A DNA stretch of 64,000 nt from Microbotryum violaceum (lineage: Eukaryota): assembly GCA_001244265.2 (NCBI GenBank), contig CDLV01000012.1, positions 930,001 to 994,000 of the forward strand. Reading direction: 5' to 3'. The notes beneath the pieces are model-generated. The model was not told the DNA's origin and did not search any database. It was given only the letters and a program-made list of their open reading frames with translations. The translations under genes were made by a program, and so were the position numbers. Numbering within the stretch: position 1 is the stretch's first letter; the number at the start of each line of letters is the position of its first letter. This document shows positions 28,501 through 39,859 of the stretch, in pieces.

Positions 28501-29577
28501 ATCAAATTTTCAGGCTTCAGCTTACAGCTTACGTAAGAGGCCGAGGCAGGCCGTCAGACCACTGACCAGCCAGTTCTTTTTGCTTGACTCGGACACGCAT
28601 CCCGTTCCGCCCGTTCAGCACCAGGTGATTCGAGTGAACGCCAAGGCGTCAAAGTCTCAAAAGAGGCTTTGGAAGATCACCGCGAACAATCGGCTCTTCG
28701 TCTCCCGAGTTATGCTCCCACTTCTTCACCCAAGCACCGGTAAGAAGTTCCCTGCTACCTGACCAATCAAGTTGTTGGTTCCTTGAAAACTCCTGAGCTC
28801 CCTCTTTAAGACGCCGAGGCCTACGCACGCACTCGCTCCGAACGTGTTGCGGATGCCGTAAAATCCTAATCCTGCAGGGTTTGACTACCGGTATCTAAAT
28901 TACTTCCTTGGTTCCAGAACCGAGTCCTGACTGACCTAGTGCCCACAATGCGCCGGTGCCCCGTTGGATCATCTGTCATAAAATTAATCGCTGGCCACTG
29001 GCCAAGCTGTTGACAAATGAACTACTCATCTCTCCGCTCCCGAGATCTCGGCGAATCGCCATGAGCAATGCGCGATCCTTTTTGCTGGTCGAGGCAAGTC
29101 ACGATCACCAATGCTCGTGGCGCTATTTTTGGTCCCCGCATGACCCCCGCGAAATCCCCGCGTGTCGCCTGCGCGTCCTGTGTGAGCGCTGTGAGCGCCG
29201 AGCATCGAACGCGATGGGCTACGCTCTGTTGCCGCCTGCCGGGGCGAGCGCTTCACCCTCCAGGACCTACCCAAAAATAGCGTCGCATTTCGCCCCCGGT
29301 CCGGCACCCCAGAGCACCCGCGTTTCCCGAGTAAGACAAGGAGCAAAACGCGGGGCAACGCCCCCTACGGTCATAGAAGACGGCCGAACCGAATCTGGAT
29401 CTCAAGAGCTGCTGCCTGACCCCGCCCTCATCTCAGGTGTCTCGAAAGGCAGTCACTTGACCCCGAACCCCAACCCCTTCTTTCCTTTCCTTCTTCCCAT
29501 CGTCCTCGCTAGCCAGCCCTCGAACCTTCTCCCACCTTGAACAGATCGCTTCTGAATCCTCCCACTACCACTGAGCA

Positions 29578-31139
29578 ATGGAAGCCACCCGGTGCGTGTC
29601 CCATTACTGTCTCCTCCACCTGCGGTTGCCCAGGTCTTTCGACTGACTCCCCCGCCTTGCCCTCGTTTCAGCCCCCATCTCGATCGAGCTCATGGCGATA
29701 TTGAAACCGGTGTAAGCTGCTCAGGCCCCACTCCCAACCCCTCCTCGCGTGTTCTGACGCGTCGATCATCATGCTGATCTCATACTTTCACTCCTGATTG
29801 TCCTCCAACAGTTCGCGGATGTTTTGCAGCCGCGTATTGAGGCTCAAGTTCAGCATGCCGCCCCTCCCATGTGGTTGACGAAGTGGGAGTCAAAACGCCC
29901 GATCTTGTTGACCGAATGTGTTGCCGAAATGATCGGAGTGTTCTTTTACGTGAGTAGATTACTTGCCTGCTCCGAAGCTGCTTACGTATTAGGAGCATGT
30001 TCTGTCACGGGGGTAAAGGGGTGTGGGCGGTGAAACGTGGCTGAACCCAATGCCTCCTGTCTTCGCTAGACGTTCTTCGGTCTCGGAGCCTCGGCCGCGT
30101 TCTTCCTGTCTACCGTCGCGAAGGAGGCTGGATTTGGTAGCTTGTTGACCATCGGTTTCGCTTACGGTGGAGGTATCGTGTTCGCCCTCGTCGCAGTCTG
30201 TTCGACGTCCGGAGGACATCTCTCCCCTAGGTGAGTCCCACTTGGTCATCGGTACCCGGTCGAAACCACTAGACTAATCATACATGGATGGCCTTCCGAC
30301 TCCGCCAGTTACACCATTGCCTTCGCCGTCTTCAAGGGCTTCCCCTGGCGCAAGGTCCCCTTCTACATTCTCTCTCAAATTTTGGGTGCCTTCCTGGGAG
30401 CTCTGGCCGTCTACGGTGTGTACAAGCAAGAGTTCGATCAGGCCGCCGCCGGATTCAAGGCCCTCGGCCCCACTGGAGAGGCCGCCATATTCACTGCTCA
30501 AGGTCCTGCCGGAGTTTTGGGCTTGTTCCCGGGTACTACACAAACCACCAACTACCTCGTGGCGGTCGAGTTTCTCGCGACCCTCATCCTGTCCATGATC
30601 GTCTTTGCTGTCGTTGACGCGTCCAACTTCTTGTCGTCTCTCGCAAGTGCTCCTTTCATCATCGGTTTCGCTTATTCGGTCGTCATCTGGTGCTTCGCCA
30701 TCGACTCGATCTCGCTTAACTCTGCCCGTGACCTCGGTGGACGCATGGCCTGCTCGGTCGCCTTTGGTTCCAAGTGCTGGACCGCTTGGCCCAAGTACAC
30801 CGCTATCGCCGCGCTTGGTGAGTGTCTCCATCCTTCGTTTTCTAGGCGAATGCCACTCTCTTCTGGGAACCAGCTCTGAACCTGACTCCATTTCTGATCT
30901 TCCTCATGCGCGCAGTCAACATCCCGGGCACGCTCTGCGGTTGCGCTATTCAGGTCCTTCTTCTAAGTGATAGCGCTCGCAAGCTTCTCCTCCACAACGT
31001 CCCTCCCAAGATGGCCGAGATCGCGAGGTCGCACAACGAGCGCAACGGTCACTCCGAGTACGACGCCACTTCGATGCGCGTCCTTACTCGCGACACCCAG
31101 AACATCCCCGTTCAGTACTCGAACGGCAAAATGGACTAG
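29578..31139 (+). CDS. Major intrinsic protein (aquaglyceroporin-type) with SPS/NSA in place of NPA/NPA
   Basis: AEMIGVFFY, SGGHLSPSYTIAFAVFKGFPWRKVP, SQILGAFLGAL, EFLATLIL, SLNSARDLGGR; 5' microexons. Confidence 0.9.
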
Positions 31140-31358
31140 TCCTCTGCGTTGTGCTGTCGCTTCTCGATTAGTCCGTGAATCCTCTTAGGGTGAATACTGT
31201 TTCGTGGGATCTATGTTGAATGAAATATTAGTGCTTTTAAAACCTACCTATCTTACGTGATCGCCGAAGAGCTTCAAGCCATAAGATCGTGCGTTCAACT
31301 CCTCCCGACCGTGCTTTTAGCTTTCCTTTGGCTTCATACGAACAGTGCTCATGGGTAC

Positions 31359-31869
31359 TGTGGTACTCGGAATCCCGTCACGTGCAGCAAAGTCGGAAAT
31401 GAGACTCCCGTGGTCGGAAATGAGATGGGACTCCTGATCGTTGTGGAACTCGGGATCCCGTCGCGTGCAGCAAAGTCGGAAATGAGATGAGACTCCTGTG
31501 GTCCGAAATGAGATGGGACTCCTGATCCCGTCGGCTGAATTAGAATACTCGGGTCACGCGGGCGTCGGCTAACTCGGCCTAGCGCCACATGAGCGGATAA
31601 AAGTTCAGAGCAAGGGATGGCGTGACCAGGACGAAGTATGGCGTGATCAAAAGGCCGAGTGTCGGAAAAGAGGAGGAAGCTGGCCCGGAGGGATTGGAGT
31701 GTCCTGGCGCCGGAGGGGAGTGTGCTTCTTGTTCTTAGGCAGACCACTTCTAGGATCCGATACAGCATCTTAGTTAATCCTCACTTTCTGTGTGTTTCGT
31801 TCTCGTACTCGGTCTCGTTTTCCCTTGTTCCTTCATATCATCTTTGATCGACCGCTTTGCTATACCATA
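31359..31869. mobile_element. Putative solo LTR (511 bp) with internal ~85-bp tandem duplication
   Basis: Starts TGTGGTA, ends TACCATA (7-bp inverted termini, 1 mismatch), flanked by GTAC on both sides (31355-31358, 31870-31873); duplicated block at ~31361-31528. Confidence 0.55.
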
Positions 31870-32643
31870 GTACGGCTTGAGAATATGAGAATGCTTCCCA
31901 TACGTACCTATGTGCGTGGAAGCAGCCTTCGACTTGAGTCAAACGGTCCTACCCCAAAGCCTTACAGCCATATAACTAGCCTCTCAAAAGCTTGAGAATT
32001 CCAGCTAGCACGACTTGCTTTTGGTTTAATGTTGAAGAGCCGCCACCGATTCTCGTCGAATCTTTTGGAACCGAACACCGAAACGGCACCCGAGGAGCTC
32101 CGGGCGTCAATTCAGGAGTCCAAGGGTCTCCTTCAGTCTCTACGAACTACTTAAGGGGCTTTAGTGGGCATGATTGATTCTGATTCAGGCTCGATGAGTC
32201 CTACACTACTGGCCCAGCCAGTGTGCTTAACTGCATTGCCTCCGAGTTGTCCAAAGGTTTTTAGGTATTAATATCTTATACTGTTATTGAAATTCTATAA
32301 ACAAAAATACAAAAGAGCGACAGATTGAATTATGCAGAGAGAAAAAGAGAAAATTACTCTCGAAAGATAGCGTAAGGACAAAAACGCCCTCGGATTCTCG
32401 ACTTCTGTAACACTTGATACATCAGCTCACAACCAAGAGGGTAGCTTCTTATACTTGTTGTGATCAGCGCCGTATACTCAGAATCTCCAGAGTTGCCGTG
32501 AGAAGTCAGTCGACCGTCATCACGGTCGCAAAATCAGGGGCCTCATCGATCGTCGACGCGGAGTTCGCGAATCAACGTTGGCCTCCTTCCGCATTCTCGC
32601 CCCGACACCGAAGTCACTTTTGACTTTCGACACTGAAACACCG

Positions 32644-32942
32644 TTTCAAGAAGGGAAAATTGTTCATGGAAAGAAGGAGCTCACGGATGCAGGCTATCGA
32701 TATGCCCTTGATTACCAGTTTCAGCTCGACGTTCGCAAGTCTGGCACGCGTCGTTGGCACGTCGTGTACAAGAATGTCCAAAATCCTCCGTGCGCCTTCT
32801 CTGCCACTGCTGAATCCAAAGGAGAAGGCAGTGTTTGAACCATCACTGTCTTCAATGAAGCTGCGTGTCAGACTTGCGAAGGCCGAGCTGAAACTGGTGA
32901 TCAAGGGCGTATCGATAGCCTGCGTCCGTGAGCTCCTTCTTT
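32644..32942 (+). pseudogene. MuDR/Mutator transposase N-terminal domain fragment with 80-bp inverted duplication
   Basis: FQEGKIVHGKKELTDAGYRYALDYQFQLDVRKSGTRRWHVVYKNVQNPPCAFSATA resembles the MuDR DNA-binding domain pattern (G..F..K.EL..A...YA....F......S...R....C.....C.F); arms 32670-32749 and 32863-32942. Confidence 0.5.
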
Positions 32943-33322
32943 TCGTAGAATCCATTGTTCAACTGCCTCACTGTTGCTCCCCTCACATCTTCACCTTCGA
33001 CGTACTCACTTTTCATGCTCCTCTTCGACCGTCAACCTCGCCTTGACCCCACCGTCCTCCTCTTGCTTACGTCATCCACTTTCGCCGAGTCCACCTCGGA
33101 GATTTGGCATTTCGTGGAGTTTCTCCGCCATTCGGCCGTTCGAGACGTCATGACGGGTATCATTAAAGATAACACAAAGAAAGTATTGTGCGCAACATGT
33201 TTGACTACCTACAAGTACTTCTCCTTTCTCCCCCCTTCTGCTTGGACCTGAAGTTGCGAGGTGGTGCCGCCACGATGGTTGCCCCCGCTGCCAGCAGCTA
33301 GCAGCTGCTTCAACTCGGAATA

Positions 33323-33736
33323 CACATGCAAGCGCGAAACTTACGGCTGCCGTAGGGCACAACTTGCCAAAAAAGAAAAGTGTGTCTGCAAGGACCAAAA
33401 TAACGTTGGCTCCCTTCTGATTTCAATCAGCATTGATTGAAATTAGTAGCTTTTTTTGCTGTGTGGTCCAGTGCAAGGCCAGCCCCTTCACAACTGGACT
33501 ACACACAGAGTTCCCTTGCGCCTTAAATGGCTCGCTTCTGATTTCGCAACCATTGAAATTGTTCGCTTTTTTGGCTGTGTAGTCCAGCTGTGAGGGGCTA
33601 GCAAAAAACCTAACAATTTCAAGCGATGCTGATTGAAATCAGAAGGGAGCCAACGTTATTTTGGTCCTTGCAGACACACTTTTCTTTTTTGGCAAGTTGT
33701 GCCCTACGGCAGCCGTAAGTTTCGCGCTTGCATGTG
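33323..33736. mobile_element. MITE / fold-back DNA element, ~112-bp perfect TIRs, TA target duplication
   Basis: TA|CACATGCAAGCGCGAAACTTACGG...CCGTAAGTTTCGCGCTTGCATGTG|TA. Confidence 0.9.
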
Positions 33737-33840
33737 TACGTCAGCCTGGCCCTGACAGGTCAGACGAGGGATGATCGATGATGAAGAGGAAGGATGGATG
33801 TGTAGGGCTTCGCTGTGTTTGCTTTTTCTTTTCTTCTACA

Positions 33841-35792
33841 CCAGTGGGAACCCGTTAAATTAACGGGAGGATCAAATTCAAAAAATAGCAGGATAATCGA
33901 ACAGTCTGCATGATATCAGCGCAGAGGTTAAGAAAACACAATACGAAATACAGCAAAGAAACAAAATCCATTCATCTTACATTCATTGCCGAAACAGCCT
34001 GCATGTCGCTTGTTGCCGGACTTGGCTTCAAACACTCGTGCAATGAGATCCGGACGGTTGCATGCGCTATCGGCCCCAGTGCAGCCTTGATTTCCGGTGA
34101 GTCGGGGTCATACGTCATCGTGATGAGCAGCGGAGGCTTTCCATGTTTGACAACGCACGCCATCGCATCCTGGTATCGCTGCGTGATGTCGCGATTTGGT
34201 TCGGGGTCAAGCCGTTGATGCCTTGGGTCGTGGTGAGGCGTAGGTTCTCTTGATGTAACCGGATGTGTTGAGTCAATCGGTCTTGACTTGGGAGTACATC
34301 CGTAATTCACGAACTCCAGGAAGGGACGTTGGGTGCAATGCGGGATTGAGAAGTGCTCGTCGCGTTTGGCAAGTAGTGCGCAAAGAATTGTGAACGCGAG
34401 ACTCGCCACCTCGACCCCTTTACTTGACCTTCGTCCTAGATGTTCAAAAGTTCAATGTCAGTCTGTGCTTGCGCCTTAGACAGAATGGAACATCAGAGGA
34501 AGAGCCGAAGACGCGTACGTTCGCCATCACCATCCTCTTCGTCCCCTTCCTCGCCGTCTTCATCCTCATTGTCGCGGTCTTCGTCCTCCTGTTCGTCTTC
34601 GTCATCCAGACCGAGACCGGCAAGTACCTCGCGCAATTGGACACCATTGTCGATCTGCTCTCAGTTTCTGGCGATTGGCGGCCTGGCTTGGTGGAACCCC
34701 GCAAAGAGGAATGTTGGGGTGGAAGCCATCTTCCCGTGCAGGAAAAAGTAGTGGGTAACGGAGAGGCATCGCGGACGGATGGAGCGAGCTAACGATTTGG
34801 TACTTGGGCCGACCATCGGGACATCGATCACCGTGCACCTGGAGAATAAGGTCTTGCGGTCCACGATCTCCCGTGTTGGTGTCGGAATCGCAGATAAGCA
34901 TCGCCATTTCCGTGCTCGACGTAGGAGGGTTGTGGGTGCGTCGGTCTCGGCCTGGTGGTAGGCAGAGGCGCAGGACCCACTCTTTGGCCGTATCCCAACC
35001 CGCGCGGGCTTTGGCCGATGCGAACTCCCTCACAAAGCGATTGCCGGTGCGCAGGATGGACTCGACCTTGGTCAAAGTAGATCCTTGCATGCGACTGTCT
35101 GCGCCGTCGGGTCCAAGTCGAGTGTCGGTGACCTCGGCCGGGTCGATGAGCCATGTTTGAGCAAAGGCTGGGCGTTGATTCACGGCAGGGATCAGGGCAC
35201 CGAGTCGATGATAGAGGCGACCAAACACGCGAAACACGGTGGCTCCTAGTTCCCAGTGCTGAGCCTTGCAGTGGGTGCACACGGCCGTCTGGGGGCCGAG
35301 GTCGTCGCGGATCGAAACGTGGGGCTTGAGGGGTTTGAGCGCCATTCGAGCCCGGCGCACTCGCCTTTGCGGAGGTGGTGGTGGTGGGGCGAGCCCAGCG
35401 TCGAGTTGGCCATCGCGCTGACGACGCTGTCCGTTCTGCACAGCTGCACGGCGGGCTCGTATACGTGTCGCAATGCCAAGATCGGTTGAATTGTTGTCAT
35501 GACGCGTGGGGGGCTGATTCTGTTGATCGGTGCGGGGCGAAGAGGAGGGTCGAGCCGCGGGGCGCCCAGCAGCGGGCGCTCAGCAGGCCCATGGTAGCCC
35601 ATGGTACGGCGCTACCCTCGCGCCCAAGACTTGGCGAGGTTGCGATGGCCCTCCCTGAGTCCCTGGCGACCTTGGGACCGGGACATAGCAGCGAGGATTT
35701 GTTCTTGAATGAGTGTCACTAAAATTGGATGAGAGTGGGAGGGAGAAAGGAAAGGTTGGAGGGAGTGGCGCAGGATTATTTACGTGGTTTGA
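33841..35792 (-). mobile_element. Internally deleted Helitron carrying RepHel fragments
   Basis: CTHC, FRVFGRLYHRLGALIP..RPAFAQTWLID, SSLHPSAMPLRYPLLFP..EDGFH, QRYQDAMACVVKHGKPPLLITMT..P..PEI (Rep motif 1 region); 3' end on minus strand = palindrome CCCGTTAA-T-TTAACGGG then CTGG|T; 5' A|TC at 35792 is tentative. Confidence 0.82.
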
Positions 35793-36195
35793 TTTGTTGT
35801 TCAGCCCCTAATGCCGCTGGTCGAATGCCATACGGGCAAATTGGTTGTTCAGCCCCTAATGCCGCTGGTCGACTGCCGGAATGACACTGACACCGCCGGC
35901 GCACCGCATCACGTGACAAACGCCAGCCCTCGCCTCGCACGTCAGGCAGAGCTCTGCTGTAGAAGCAATATCATGCAAAGCCACGCGCTTGCGGTTCATT
36001 AAATGCAATATGAGTGGAAGCATTGTTTTATGTGAGCGAAAAAAAGAAGGAAAATACTGGGAGCGCTGTAGTTTCGTTGGAACGGCGCGGAAAATACAAA
36101 AGTCACCACAGCGCTTGTACATGACTTCTGATCGGAATCCCGACACCACAGGAAGGTGCGGCAGACACAACAGTATGCTGGTACATCCACCACAG

Positions 36196-36219
36196 GCGGC
36201 CCGGAGGGCCGCAACCTAG
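36196..36219 (+). mobile_element. Helitron-type 3' terminus (GC hairpin + CTAG|T)
   Basis: gcggccc-gga-gggccgc aac CTAG followed by T. Confidence 0.6.
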
Positions 36220-36347
36220 TTAAAAACAGCGACTTTAGGTACATTCCTTAACTCACTTTTTTTTTACTAGTTAGGGTAACTAGTTAGAGTAAACAAAGTC
36301 CGACGATCCACCGTTCTGTCATGCGATCGTGGTTCGACCGAGTGCCA

Positions 36348-36392
36348 GATCCAGCCTGATCCAGCCTGATCCAGCCTGATCTAGCCTGATCC
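36348..36392. repeat. 10-bp tandem repeat (gatccagcct) x~4.5 upstream of RIC8
   Basis: gatccagcctgatccagcctgatccagcctgatctagcctgatcc. Confidence 0.85.
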
Positions 36393-36560
36393 CATCCCCC
36401 GTCCTCCAACGTCCACGCCCCAGCAACTTCATCCGGCCGCTTGATCGACATCGGACCTTCCTTCCAGGTTTCCTCCCTCGGCCTCTACTCTCAGCCTTAT
36501 CCCACCTCTCCCGGACATCACTGGCAGTCTCCGCCTACAGCGTGGCTGGCCTCGAGCAAG

Positions 36561-39500
36561 ATGTCGGACCCACTGCACGCCTACCTTGACCTGTCTCAGG
36601 CTGCTCAGGAGTCGCCGTCGGTGTTACCCAAGCTTCAGCGTATGCTGCAAGGTCAGTCGGGTGCACCTTGTCGCCAGCCATCCATTGCCGTATCGACGGT
36701 CGGCGGTCGGCGGTCAGAGGTCGGAGGTCGGAGGTCGCCGCCCGCCCGGGCTAACTAGCCTCATTTTACTGACTACCTGCCTGTCTACCCTTGTCGTCGA
36801 CGCCCAAACCCGTCATCATCATTGATTGTCGGTTGATGGTCTGCCTCGATGTTGTCGTGATGACGCACCCCCGCCAGTGCTCCAAATGGGCGAGGAACCC
36901 GTGCCCGAAGTTCGGCGGCGATTGCTCGCCGCGATCCTGTCCTCGCTACAAGCCTCGTTCCTGCTCACCTCCTCGCCGACGATGCTCACTCCGATCGCGT
37001 CGATACTCAAGCTGCTCGGCCGCTCCGCTGCGGGGGGTGAGGAGCTCGGCCGTGCGCAAGCGTTGAGCGTACTCGTGCAGCTCGGCGGGTTGGACCGCGT
37101 TGGCCGACTGCCCGCCCCGACATCGCGCCGCAACTCGAGGGTGCTGCCGACCACCTTCAATGTGCAGGAACTCGGCCTAAGCGGATCGACAAGCGAAGAA
37201 GAGCCCGAGGACGGTGACTACCTGCAAGGGCAGTCGGATCCGTTGTTCCCCTACGAATGCGAGGCGCTGCGCTGTCTTTGCAACACCCTCATGCTCCATC
37301 CGAGCTCGCGCGACAGCTTCTCGGACTGGCTACGCAATGATCCCAGCCGCAAGGCAGTACGCGGCCTACTACGATTGCTCGACTGTGACACCGCAGGGTT
37401 CCTCAGCGGTCGCGTACTGTTCCTCATCACGAGCAAGCCCACTCCCTTGATCGTCGAGCTCACCGAAAATCGTGACACGATCGAAAAGATGCGAAAGGTC
37501 AGCAGCCCCATTTAGCTGCGGCTCAATTTTGGCCCACTTGCAACCGAGCGTTGTATTAGTTTCTGACAGTTTCCCTTTTGCGCGCTCCAGTTCGCCGATC
37601 GCTACCTTCGTAGGCTTCGAGATCCCGAGCTGGCCCTCTCGTTGACCACGGGGCCCATGCCGACCCCCGCCGACACATTGCGCGAGCACCTAAAACTGGC
37701 CTTCAACATCATGCTGCAGTATGGACGCCTTGCTCCAGCCCTGTCTCAGCCACCCCTCACCCCCGTCTCCGCAACCGAAGCGATGTCACCGTTATCCGTC
37801 CCTGACCAATCGGACTCGTCCACTTCGCCTGCTAGCTTCGTCTCCACCGACTCGTCCTCGTATTTCGATCCAGTCCGAGACACGAGTGATGTCGACGACG
37901 ATCTGTTTCAACCTCAATCAGAAGGCGCCCAGCGATTTGGCTCCCTCGGTTCGGCTACAACCGAGCTCGCCGTCAAGGAAAAGAAGGGGCGCTTCAGGTG
38001 GTCTGGCATGAGTAAGCGGTCCATCTCTACTACGACCGAGCCGAGCAGCGATGAGGGGGAGTCACTCAGAATGCCCGGAACCAGTGGCATGCTAGCATCG
38101 GCAACGGCCGACCGGCGGTTTTCCAAAACTTCGAGCAATTTTGGCCGCGAAATTCGTGAGGCCGTGGGGGGCTCTCCGGGCTCATCCACGCGTAGTCCGT
38201 CACCATCGCCAACTGTGACGCAGAGCTCCCTCTCCAGCCACACTTCTACACCAAGACGGGATACTGTTTCCCCCAATTCTGAAAACGGGAGCTCGGGGAT
38301 GCTCACACTCGAGAGCGTGCGACCGTTCCTGCCTCTGTTCAGGCCATGCCTGACGCTTGCCTGCTGCCTCGGGCTCGGTGACGATCCCCAGGATCCCAAT
38401 CCGCTGGTCCGCGGCGCTCTCAACACTTTGCTCAACTTCCCCATCGAGCTCGAGGAGTTCGATGGGCTCGAGTGTTCGTGGCTGCAGCCCGTGCCGGAGT
38501 CGGATTCGCTCACCCGCGTTACAACCTACTGCACGCGACGCAGTGTCCCGCGGCTTTCTCCATTACCAGGCCGATTGATGGAGATTCTAGCCATGACGTG
38601 CAACGCCTGGTTCCCCGTCGACAAAGCACCTTTGGAAAAGACCTTGCACGACCGTCGGCCTACCGTCCCGGCCAGCCACGTGCAGCTGCCTGCTCATCCC
38701 GACGATCTCTTGCCTCGAGGTACTGGCGGTGAAAGTGCCAAGGTGGATGAAATTCTCGGTCCCGTTATGTTGCTGTTGCGCAAGGTCTCGATGCTTGCGG
38801 AACCAGCCGAGATCATGCGAGAAATCCTTCTCCCCGATGACATGCGAGTCCCTGCAGTATCCCATCTCGCACCTCTCGTTCCAGGCCTGACTTGTTCGTT
38901 CATTCACAGAGATCGCTCGCTCCCTCTCGAACAAAGGTCTGACCTGACGGGTCACCTCGTACGGCTCCTTTCGTCTCTATTGCTACCCAACACCGCATAC
39001 GGCGTCGGTGAATTCCTCTACAACCTGTGCGACCGGGACCCAGCCATCCTCTCGACGCAGATCGGCTATGGCAACGCTTCGGGATTCCTTCAGAATCGAG
39101 GTGAGCTCATCCCTCCGCCGCCCATCCATCAATCTCCGCAAAGGAATTCGCGGCGCAAGAGCGGGAACCCCATCAGTTCCGTGAAGACGTCTGATGGTAC
39201 CGCCGAGAAGGACCGTCCTTGGAGCACGCTCTCATCGGCTTCAACGGTGCGAGAAGAGGGGAACGAGATCAACGCGATGCGATGCGGACCCCGAATCGTC
39301 AATCCCATCACGGGTGCTTTCGAGCTCCCACCCGAATTCAACACTGAGGACGAAATGACCGAGGAGGAAAAAGAGCGAGAAGCCGAGAAGCTATACGTGC
39401 TCTTCGACCGCATGCAGCGCACGGGTGTCATGGACGTTGAGAATCCGATCCGCAAAGCGCGAGGGGAGGGCAAGTTGGAGGAAACCACGGACGAGCTTGA

Positions 39501-39609
39501 AGCAGAGCGCAAGAGGCTGGACGAAGAGGATGCGCGTGTGGAGAAGGAGGTCGAGACGGAGATGGCGAACTTCAAATTGAGGAAGCGTGGTGGACAAGAG
39601 CTAACCTGA
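36561..39609 (+). CDS. RIC8: G-alpha GEF/chaperone Ric8 (synembryn), multi-exon
   Basis: EALRCLCNTLML, GEFLYNLCDRD...QIGYGNASGFLQNRG, VNPITG, EMTEEEKEREAEKLYVLFDRM. Confidence 0.9.
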
Positions 39610-39859
39610 ACGGCTATGCGAGAAGCTGGCATGTCGTGCATATAGAAACTCCTCCTCAAAGTAACATATAATATTTTCAGTGGCCCTGATTCTGCAGTGT
39701 TCAGTACGACGCTTGTAGAAGCTAGAAGACTGCTCGAGCAATTTTCCAACCATGGCCCGCTGAGCGTGGACATCAATCAGAACCTGAAAGTCCATACAGA
39801 AACTAAAACCAAGCTGATACTACAATAATCTTGGTAAATTGGGAAGACCGGCAGAGTCC

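Noticed and set aside
25700-29500. Short ORFs and small hairpins in a long intergenic region
   Set aside because: No motifs, repeat boundaries or RNA-gene signatures I can support
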